The notes below the pieces were generated by a model. That model had not been told where the DNA came from and did no database searches. It saw only the letters and a list, made by a program, of their open reading frames with translations. The position numbers and the translations under genes are program-made. Source: Gemmatimonadota bacterium (GTDB lineage: Bacteria; JBHIER01; G020348925). Taken from it: 64,000 bases of DNA. The stretch spans positions 1,568,469-1,632,468 of the forward strand of contig CP070758.1 in NCBI GenBank assembly GCA_020348925.1. Reading direction: 5' to 3'. Below, piece after piece: positions 21,901-29,396 of this stretch (position 1 is the stretch's first letter; every line of letters begins with the position of its first letter).

Positions 21901-24032
21901 TCCCTGTCATAATCCCCCCATGCAAAACTCGTACCCCCTTTAAAGTATGATACTCCCGCAGAAGCAGTCACATCGGAGAAGGTTCCATTTCCATTGTTGT
22001 GATAGAGTATATTGGGTCCGGCCGAATTCGCCAGATAGATATCGAGATATCCGTCATTATCGTAATCCCCAAAGGCGACACCTCGTCCTTGATTCGAGTC
22101 ATCCACTCCGGCCATAGCCGCGATGTTCGTGAAAGTTCCGTCTCCGTTGTTCCGGTAGAGGATGTTGGGTTGGAAATGATTGGATACGTACAGATCGTAA
22201 TCACCGTCGTTGTCCAGGTCACCGGAAGCGATACCAAATGCATTCCCAGTCCCACCCACTCCGGCTCTCTGAGTCACATCCTTAAAGGTACCGTCCCCGT
22301 TGTTCCCATAGAGAATGTTATCACTGTATCTGTTCAAAACGTAAAGATCAAGATCACCGTCGTCATCGTAATCCGTGAATAAAGCGGACCTCGATTCCCC
22401 GTCATGTTCTACCTTCGCCTGAGATGTAACATTCGTGAACGTGCCATCTCCGTCGTTTCGATACAGCACATTGAGGCCGAAAACGGGTACAAAAACGTCC
22501 AAATATCCATCGTTATCAAAGTCCCCGAACACAGCGTCAATATCGTCCCCGGTATTTCGCACGCCTGCAAAAGATGCAACATCGGTGAACGTTCCATCTC
22601 CTTCATTTCTGAAGAGAATATTCGGATATCCTTGCCTGTTGGGTTGATAGATATCCGTATCACCATCATTATCGTAATCCCCTGCAACCGGCCCCGTAGC
22701 CCACCCATCATCTCCCACGCCGGCCATATCCGTCACATCCCTGAACGTTCCGTCCTGATTGTTGAAGTGGAGAATATTTCTGGATTTGTTGTAGTTCCAA
22801 CTCCCCATGTACAGATCGAGGTAATCATCATTGTTAAAATCAGCAAAGATGACACCGCCGCCACCCACTGAATCGCCCACTCCGGCGAAGGCAGTCACAT
22901 CCTCAAAAACCGACTTCACGTGTAATGTAATAGTCTCCGTGCTGGTATACTCCGGATCTGCAATGATTACGAAATAAAAATTGATAGTATGCCCTGCAGG
23001 ACACTCGGGAAACACGGAAACGACGTAGTCATCCACACTGAATGCTGTCTCTCCTGAAGCCAGATCCCCAAAATTTTCAAATCCATCGTTAATTTCGACA
23101 CACACATCCTCACTACTCAAAACACCGGTCACATCCACAGCCGGATTCTGCCCGAAATTCGCAAGCCTGACCGACAACTCAATGGTTTCACCGGGATCAA
23201 TCTGTCCATCTCCGTTTCCCCGGCTCCTCCCCAGTGCATCGTCGTCAACATCGTACTCAAGCAAGGCAATATTCACTCCACCAACCGGTCCGTAGTATTT
23301 CACAATGGCTTCGAACCAGACCGATGGGCTGTGAATAAACCAGCCGAAGTGGCCGTCAGGCCCGGGGTAACCATGACTGTGCTCGGCATAATAGTAGAAA
23401 CTGGTATAGGGTACCGTCCCCACATCCTCCGCTGCCCATCCGTGGCCGGCCGTCTGGTAGACCGTCGCGGCAATGAAGAACGGGTTGTTGCCGAGGTCGA
23501 CTTCCCCCTGTAAACCGTACTGTGCTGGTATCTCGAACCATTTTCCCGTGAGACTCTCAGTGATAACAAAAGGAAACGGTCCCCAGTGGTGACGATCCGC
23601 ATCAAGCATGTCCCATCCTATAGGTGAGTGACCCATGACACTTCCTGGAATCCATTCACCATCCACAGCCTTTCCTATCCAGCCATTGGTATCAGTACTG
23701 TCGGTTGTGGTGATGTGGCCGTCATAGTGTGAGCCGTCCCATACATCGACCAGACAATTACCCTCAAAATCAAAGGGATGAACTCTGACGGCTAACAGGC
23801 TGCAGGGGCCAGCGGGATTGAACCACACTGCAATGGAATCCCCAACACCGCTCGGTTCGTTCCAGAAATTGACCGTCGGCTCGCTCAGTCTTCGCCACGT
23901 GAGCGTATCCTGATAACTGTCATTCTGAATACCGGCGGGTTGAAGCACAGTCACTTGACTTCCCGCAACCGAAGAAAGTACACAAAGAACACATACACCC
24001 GATATCAACAAAATGGTTACACTGCGTTTCAT
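18954..24032 (-). CDS. Large secreted protein with two tandem FG-GAP/ASPIC-UnbV (CRTAC1-like) units and T9SS-type C-terminal tail
   Basis: Many GDYDNDGxxDxY / LYRNNGDGTFTDV repeats; two NHWLVV.TVGTISNRDG.GA...FGLG...IRWPSG (ASPIC) modules; HQNYPNPFNP...SGIYFYR tail; AGGAGG RBS. Confidence 0.9.
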   Translation of the reverse strand: MKRSVTILLISGVCVLCVLSSVAGSQVTVLQPAGIQNDSYQDTLTWRRLSEPTVNFWNEPSGVGDSIAVWFNPAGPCSLLAVRVHPFDFEGNCLVDVWDGSHYDGHITTTDSTDTNGWIGKAVDGEWIPGSVMGHSPIGWDMLDADRHHWGPFPFVITESLTGKWFEIPAQYGLQGEVDLGNNPFFIAATVYQTAGHGWAAEDVGTVPYTSFYYYAEHSHGYPGPDGHFGWFIHSPSVWFEAIVKYYGPVGGVNIALLEYDVDDDALGRSRGNGDGQIDPGETIELSVRLANFGQNPAVDVTGVLSSEDVCVEINDGFENFGDLASGETAFSVDDYVVSVFPECPAGHTINFYFVIIADPEYTSTETITLHVKSVFEDVTAFAGVGDSVGGGGVIFADFNNDDYLDLYMGSWNYNKSRNILHFNNQDGTFRDVTDMAGVGDDGWATGPVAGDYDNDGDTDIYQPNRQGYPNILFRNEGDGTFTDVASFAGVRNTGDDIDAVFGDFDNDGYLDVFVPVFGLNVLYRNDGDGTFTNVTSQAKVEHDGESRSALFTDYDDDGDLDLYVLNRYSDNILYGNNGDGTFKDVTQRAGVGGTGNAFGIASGDLDNDGDYDLYVSNHFQPNILYRNNGDGTFTNIAAMAGVDDSNQGRGVAFGDYDNDGYLDIYLANSAGPNILYHNNGNGTFSDVTASAGVSYFKGGTSFAWGDYDRDGDLDLFLKDGSGLGNHLFRNKGNLNHWLVVKTVGTISNRDGYGAQITLHAGSLFQVREVSGKGGWGCQNSLEVAFGLGHYTQADSVIIRWPSGAVQVLTDVPADQYLEVTEETDFIFTNVASLAGVGYRGKGYGVAWGDYDGDGYLDMYITNDGPNILYRNNGHGTFTDVAIQAGVDQPAEGTGAAFFDYDNDGDLDIYVENYYSADILYRNDGDGTFTDVTHDAGLGHTGWNGGTAIGDYNNDGYLDIYISVHTGANVLYKNNGDGTFTDVTPRAGVGDTGYGTGVAFADYDNDGDADLYVGNQGYPDILYRNNGDGTFSDVTSMAMLGHPGHSSCPEFGDFDNDGDLDLYLCNYGYNYTDPNILYRNNGDGTFTDVTENAGVGDINKGADARFGDCDNDGDLDIYLANRGQANVLYQNNGDGTFTDVARETGVDDQGYGLGTGWGDYDNDGDLDIYVVNSDRTNILYQNNTSGNHWLVVRTVGTISNRDGIGARVALVAGDLRQTREVGGRSGNYGQNSIPVEFGLGQHTQVDSIVIRWPSGIVQVLTDVPADQYLTIVESAHLPGGGWSVPLTIAGDSKEFLRTFGVHGGGTVGYDATYDSICPPPGFEYYASFWIDAFPHWLCRDTKEWPPSDATQPILRWLLKVVNAEGTTTTIMWEADSLPCDEGDFTLDGVDMCSESSYSFSENRDIVIEFRRCVAVTFDFDAVGGEWYLVSLPVDPVECMGTRDVRTLFPSAIDAYGWEPGFGYYQVSHMEPRRGYWLAIASACTTAIRGYPTYCYAEHFGEGWHLIGSVMEEVDFCDPCDSPHGSVLAGFGWDPVSDYYEAQTLMPTEGYWIAVGQECIVAVGCCPSFGSVQGIEETDMDAFRDKFGSHPPRPPFEIESSADRTPEKYVLHQNYPNPFNPVTTIGYTLPEAARVKVEIYNTLGQVVDVLFDGELAAGFHAVRWDGSGASSGIYFYRIETGPFSACRCMVLLK

Positions 24033-24098
24033 CTTCCCACCTCCTTTAAGAAAAATATGCTTACACTTTACTCTTCCTCTCTCCATGTTCTCATACTC

Positions 24099-26333
24099 TC
24101 ACTTCAAGAATAACATTCTCTTGGTCTGAAAATACTCTCCAGTTTGAAATCGATAGAAATAGATACCGGAGGGAACCTCTTGCTTTGTGCTATTTCGACC
24201 GTCCCAATAAAAAGTGTGGAATCCAACTTCCTTCGTCTCATTTACTAAAGTTGTAATGTGTTGTCCAAGCACATTGTAAACATCCAACCGTACATGGCTT
24301 GCATTTGGTAATGCGTATTCGATACGCGTTCCTGTATTAAATGGATTCGGATAATTTTGAGAGAGACTGTAATCAGTGGGAATATCCTCCACGATGAAGT
24401 CACCATGCTTGACGTATGCACCAACCAAATCATCCATGAAACCGCACGGGATAAGCTCACCACTGCCTTTAGCACTTTGATTCACTTGGAAGTCTACCTC
24501 AACAAGGGTCATAAAAGCACCATATGATATTGCCTCAATATGGAAACCTCCAATAATCAAGACGCCCGGCCTCACAATCCCTGCATCCAGTATTGTCCAA
24601 TCCTCAGTGGCAGATGTGGTGGAGATTTTCTCAAACTCCAACAGTTCTGCAGGATATAGTAATTGAAAGGCAAAGGCATCCAATCCTCGGGGATTCTCCA
24701 CCATAACCGGAATCCTGATAATGCTGCCCGGAGTTCCTCTCATGGATTCAATGAAAAGACGATCAACAAGCTTGCTTCTACTCTTCACAACCGTCTCCAA
24801 ACATTCACACTCCCCTGTCCAATCTCCAAGAATGGACCGCCAGAAAATACACAAGGCATCACCTGGAGTGATAAATCCATCACACGTGACCTCCGCAGAC
24901 TCCTCTGAGCATTCACACCCACATTCAGGTTGAAAAGAACCCAGAGCGAATCTCCAGTATGCACACAAAGCATCACTCATCGTGATAGCTCCATCACAAT
25001 TAACATCGCCTCGTTCACAGATACCGCTGGTGAACTTTCCACAGCAGGGCCAGGCCCAGTTCGCTAAATCATCAGTGAGACCTTGACAACACACTTGACT
25101 GGTATCCCGGGACTGGCACTGAACCACCTCAAAAGAGACACGAGCAATGGATCCTGTTGTTCCAGGAGAGATGGGTACTGTGTTAAACCCCCCGATGGTG
25201 ATCACACCAGGACCTGTCTCGTCTCCTGAAACTATAATCCAATTTGTCGTCAAATCACAGGCCTCAACTGTGTCAAAAGCAAACACGGTATTATCAAAAG
25301 TTACACGCAATCCAAAGGCATCGACAGGGTTTTGATTCTGATACATAGTGATATCAGTAGAAACCCTTTGCCCCGTGTGACCTGTGAAGTCTCTAACTTT
25401 GATGAGATCAGGTGGTTCACATGTTTCATGAAAGTTTAGAAGCCAGATTACCGAATTACAGAACAACTTCTTCAGCTTTGCGAGCCCCTCTGAATCTGAT
25501 ACAATTCCATTGCATGCTCCATAGACTCCAGCGATCTGCACAACGACCCTATTTTGTAATGGGCCCACGTATGTTAGAATAACAGGCTTGTTGGTCCACC
25601 TATTTATTGCAACAACGATTTCACCTTGATTTGTCGCCTGCGTCACGTCAATATCACGAGTATAGGAAAAGCTATTCACAAAACCATACGGACCACTCAT
25701 TATGGGATGATCTGGAACTGTAATATCAATAATATCTACTCCAAAGGAACCATTATTTGTTGTACTTACTAAGTGTGTGACATAAGAAGCTCCGATTGTA
25801 TATGCATCGGCACTCAACGCCATATCGTCCCCAATTAAGTAAAGAGGTTTGCCATGGTTCAATGCTTGTGTTAGAACATCAACGATATTCTGGCCGGTTC
25901 CATTCTTTTTATTGTACCAGTCCCATCCTCCATTATCGTAAATGATGACATCAAAACGTTCGATATCCGAATAGGCCAATGTTTCTTCCGGAGGATAAAA
26001 CGCCTCGGCTTCAATAGCCAGTTCGCTCAAGTATGTATTGATCTTCGTAACTTCGTCATCTGTACCTTGTGCATCACCCCTCGAAAATCCACAAATAATA
26101 GCTGCTTTTGGCAGACAGTCCCTCCATTCGGCTATAGACTCTCCCGATTGTTCAAATCTGTCAAGGATATTCACCGTCAGCTCGCTCAGTGTGCGCCGCG
26201 TAAGTGTATCGGATTCACTTTGACTGTGAAAATCTACAGGTTGAAGCATCTCCACCTGTCCAATCGCCACTGACCAAAACGCATAAAATACGAAAACGCT
26301 CGAAATCAGCAGGACGTTCATACCGAGTTTCAT
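24099..26333 (-). CDS. Secreted protein with cohesin, Cys-rich dockerin, second cohesin and T9SS-type tail
   Basis: Two PVDAFGLRVTFD / GLDAFAFQLLYP..G..IIGGF cohesin-like units; GDVNCDGAITMSDA / EVTCDGFITPGDA; SQNYPNPFN..PSGIYFYR. Confidence 0.8.
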   Translation of the reverse strand: MKLGMNVLLISSVFVFYAFWSVAIGQVEMLQPVDFHSQSESDTLTRRTLSELTVNILDRFEQSGESIAEWRDCLPKAAIICGFSRGDAQGTDDEVTKINTYLSELAIEAEAFYPPEETLAYSDIERFDVIIYDNGGWDWYNKKNGTGQNIVDVLTQALNHGKPLYLIGDDMALSADAYTIGASYVTHLVSTTNNGSFGVDIIDITVPDHPIMSGPYGFVNSFSYTRDIDVTQATNQGEIVVAINRWTNKPVILTYVGPLQNRVVVQIAGVYGACNGIVSDSEGLAKLKKLFCNSVIWLLNFHETCEPPDLIKVRDFTGHTGQRVSTDITMYQNQNPVDAFGLRVTFDNTVFAFDTVEACDLTTNWIIVSGDETGPGVITIGGFNTVPISPGTTGSIARVSFEVVQCQSRDTSQVCCQGLTDDLANWAWPCCGKFTSGICERGDVNCDGAITMSDALCAYWRFALGSFQPECGCECSEESAEVTCDGFITPGDALCIFWRSILGDWTGECECLETVVKSRSKLVDRLFIESMRGTPGSIIRIPVMVENPRGLDAFAFQLLYPAELLEFEKISTTSATEDWTILDAGIVRPGVLIIGGFHIEAISYGAFMTLVEVDFQVNQSAKGSGELIPCGFMDDLVGAYVKHGDFIVEDIPTDYSLSQNYPNPFNTGTRIEYALPNASHVRLDVYNVLGQHITTLVNETKEVGFHTFYWDGRNSTKQEVPSGIYFYRFQTGEYFQTKRMLFLK

Positions 26334-26516
26334 CTTTCCACCTCTTGAATGAGAGTTTGGACGTCTATGAAACTGTTCTTGTCGAATGGATCAGTTCAAG
26401 CCAGCGAAGACCGGATAAGCGGGGGAATTCATTACAGTAAGAAGTTCCTGACGAATCGGAGAATCACCACCTCCACATTCATTCAATACAATGAGAAAGC
26501 TACCCTCCGAATGGAA

Positions 26517-26545
26517 ATAATACTAATCTAAGATGTGGATGTCAA
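26517..26545 (-). promoter_or_regulatory. Sigma70-type promoter upstream of 26333 gene
   Basis: Minus strand TTGACA-17 bp-TATTAT. Confidence 0.6.
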
Positions 26546-26559
26546 CTGTTTTTTGTTGT

Positions 26560-29220
26560 TCACGGTGGGCAGTGTTTGAGGCCAAGAATAAGGTTTACGA
26601 TTCCGAGAACATCCGTAACATTGATTACACCATCAATATTACAGTCAGCAGCCCGAATTTCGTCCTCGGTTGGGTTGGGGTAACTGCCAATGGCAATTCT
26701 GATGGTAAGAACGACATCAAGAGCATTTACTGCACCATCAGAGTTTATATCCCCTTTGGGGCCTGAAAGAATGGCGACCGTTCCATCTTTGCAGAGAGGA
26801 GAGATTTCTCTTCCCAGGGGATCACCCAATACTGTATTGGTGATATTCCAAGGATAATAACCCTCCAAACAACTGCCGGTATCAAACAGGATCTCCACGA
26901 CAGAACCTTCACCTACGTCAATGCATCCACTAATTGATGACTGGATGATCTGTATTCCCCCCTCTATGACGCTGTGAAAAAACATGGAAGTAACCCTTGC
27001 TCGAGCCGTTTGCTCAACAGATGTAATTTGAAAGCAGGTGGTGTCATACAATATATCGGCTTGCAGATGGCAGATATCTGAGCAATTCTGAAGTTCGAGA
27101 TAGATTCTGTTGTCTTTGCTATTTTGTAAAACGACTTGATCATCCATCATCAATACAAAATTACTGTCAGCTCGTGTATATGTGACAATCGAATTCCCCT
27201 TAGTGGCTGCATATATTGTATTATGATTTTCTGGATCAATCTTCAAATCGTAAACCACGTTGTCCACCATAAAATCGGTCCTTATCGAGGTCCAACTGTC
27301 ACCACCATCAGTACTCATGTAAATTCCTGTAAACTCAGACCCATTGCCACTATCAGAGCAATAGAGGACATTACTATCTTCAGGATCTATTATCAAAACA
27401 TTCATTCTCCTGCGACCCCAGTTGTTTATATTCTCAAGACCTTGATCCTTAAACAACCAACTCTCGCCTCCATCCGTGCTCTTGAAAACACCCCCGGCTG
27501 GGCCGTTATTGGAGTTGTTTACGTAAAGAACATTCGGATCGTGAGAATCCATAGTTATATGATAATTGTATCCAAACAATCCTGTCATTTTTTCCTCCCA
27601 ATTCAGTCCACTATCAATTGACTTGTAGATTCCACGATCCCCAGCAACATACAAGACATTTGAGTCTTCAGGATGAAAGATGAGATCGTTCACTTTTTGA
27701 TCCGTAAAATCATTCGGTGGACGGTCCCAGGTCTGCCCGCCATCACTACTCCGGAAAATTCCCTCCGACGTTCCTACATAAACCATATCGGGATTATGGG
27801 GTGAAATGACAATAGTATATATCCTACCAGGATCCTCCAGACCATCACCACTGTTCATCCAACTTTGTCCCCCATCCTCAGAGAGAAACAATCCCTCATG
27901 CGAGCTACCTAAGTAAATCCGGTGAGAATCACGCGGATCAAAAGCCATGGATTTCGGATAAAAATACTTAGGAAGGCCCTCTTGAAGGCGAATCCACGTA
28001 ATCCCTCTGTCAATAGTCTTTAACAAACCTACCGAAGCACTGGCAAAGATAATTGAAGGATTCGACGGATCTATAGCAATATGCCTCACCAGGTTTGCCT
28101 TCATTGTGCCATCGGTAATGTCATCCCAGTTTTCTCCACCATTCGTTGTCTTGAATATCCCGCCACACCAGGTGCCAAGATAGAGGATTTCAGGATCAAC
28201 AGGTTTGATTGCTATCTCCTGTAAAACATGAGTTGTGAGACCTTCCTCTATCGATGTCCAGCTTCCACCACCATCGGTGCTCTTGTACATACTTCCAAAG
28301 AGTATATTTGAGAGGGGTTCGTTCGCTGCATATAAGATATTTGGGTTCGTAGGATTGAGAACTATTGACCGTGTAAAAATGGCGTTCATATTATTATTCG
28401 TATTTTGCCAACTCTCCCCTCCATCCGTACTTTTGTACACACTGTTATATCCACCACCTGAAGCGGCCGTGGCGATGTACAGTTTTTCAGGATTATGGGG
28501 ATCTATGGCAATGTCGAGGATAGAAATAACCGATTGACCGGATATGCCTTCATTCATTTTTCTCCATGAATCTCCCCCATCAGTGCTTTTCAAAACTCCA
28601 CAAAGCACAGTCCACTCATCCGAATAGTCCGTTCCCGAATAAATGATGTTAGAATTCACTGGATCAACGGCTATATCCCTGACGTAAGCTTTTTGAACAT
28701 CTGTTGGTTCCCAATGTCCCCCTCCGTCAATACTCCGGTACAACCCAAAGAGATCGCGCCCGGCATACAGTCTTTCGGGATCCTTTGGATCCACGGCGAA
28801 ACTCTGCACCATGTAATCACCTATTGCTCCCCGAGGTAAGCCCCAATTTGTGATCACCCAACTTTCCCCTCCATCCGTGCTCTTGTGTACACCTCCTCTA
28901 CTTGTACCTGCATAGAGAACATCAGTATCAAGAGGATTTATGACAATACACTTTACACCTCCGTATTTTATATTTATCTTTTGCCAATGAATGCCTCCAT
29001 CAGTAGTCTTGTAGATTCCCTCTTGATTATAGGCCGATCCTACATAGACAATATCCGGATTTTGTGGATCAATAGCAATAGCGCTTGACCAAAGACCCGG
29101 AGGCCCAATGCTCGTCCATTCATTGATTCCTGCTATGGAGAGAGATAATGATAAGACAAGACAACCCAGAGTAATTGACACCAAGTAGGAGCTTTTTCTC
29201 AATGTTCTGCACCCTGACAT
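26560..29220 (-). CDS. Secreted BNR/Asp-box (VPS10-like) double beta-propeller with cohesin-like domain and C-terminal dockerin
   Basis: Repeated IDPxNPxxLYAGT..GVYKSTDGGxSW; LELQNCSDICHLQADILYD..GEGSVVEILFD; GDINSDGAVNALDV / ADCNIDGVINVTDV. Confidence 0.85.
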   Translation of the reverse strand: MSGCRTLRKSSYLVSITLGCLVLSLSLSIAGINEWTSIGPPGLWSSAIAIDPQNPDIVYVGSAYNQEGIYKTTDGGIHWQKINIKYGGVKCIVINPLDTDVLYAGTSRGGVHKSTDGGESWVITNWGLPRGAIGDYMVQSFAVDPKDPERLYAGRDLFGLYRSIDGGGHWEPTDVQKAYVRDIAVDPVNSNIIYSGTDYSDEWTVLCGVLKSTDGGDSWRKMNEGISGQSVISILDIAIDPHNPEKLYIATAASGGGYNSVYKSTDGGESWQNTNNNMNAIFTRSIVLNPTNPNILYAANEPLSNILFGSMYKSTDGGGSWTSIEEGLTTHVLQEIAIKPVDPEILYLGTWCGGIFKTTNGGENWDDITDGTMKANLVRHIAIDPSNPSIIFASASVGLLKTIDRGITWIRLQEGLPKYFYPKSMAFDPRDSHRIYLGSSHEGLFLSEDGGQSWMNSGDGLEDPGRIYTIVISPHNPDMVYVGTSEGIFRSSDGGQTWDRPPNDFTDQKVNDLIFHPEDSNVLYVAGDRGIYKSIDSGLNWEEKMTGLFGYNYHITMDSHDPNVLYVNNSNNGPAGGVFKSTDGGESWLFKDQGLENINNWGRRRMNVLIIDPEDSNVLYCSDSGNGSEFTGIYMSTDGGDSWTSIRTDFMVDNVVYDLKIDPENHNTIYAATKGNSIVTYTRADSNFVLMMDDQVVLQNSKDNRIYLELQNCSDICHLQADILYDTTCFQITSVEQTARARVTSMFFHSVIEGGIQIIQSSISGCIDVGEGSVVEILFDTGSCLEGYYPWNITNTVLGDPLGREISPLCKDGTVAILSGPKGDINSDGAVNALDVVLTIRIAIGSYPNPTEDEIRAADCNIDGVINVTDVLGIVNLILGLKHCPP

Positions 29221-29269
29221 TCCCCAACCCCACTTTTAAATCCGAAACTGAGATTCATTTTCTCACAAC

Positions 29270-29351
29270 CGGAGTTACCTCTTTAGAGGTTTATGACCAT
29301 TATGATGGTTTTGATCAAGCGGTTACATAAACCCGTAAACGGGTAACTCCG
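29270..29351. repeat. Inverted REP-like pair (REPIN-like hairpin)
   Basis: cGGAGTTACCtctttagaGGTTTATG ... CATAAACCcgtaaacgGGTAACTCCg; each arm has its own small hairpin and a GGAG foot. Confidence 0.7.
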
Positions 29352-29354
29352 ACA

Positions 29355-29396
29355 TCTAGTTTCTTATTTCCTATTTCTTGCCTCTTGCCTCTGATT
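29355..29396. repeat. Degenerate heptamer tandem repeat (about 6 units)
   Basis: tctagtt tcttatt tcctatt tcttgcc tcttgcc tctgatt, same family as 14443-14512. Confidence 0.6.

Noticed and set aside
20456-22871. Long antisense and alternate-frame ORFs within FG-GAP repeats
   Set aside because: Shadow ORFs caused by repetitive codon usage of the real gene
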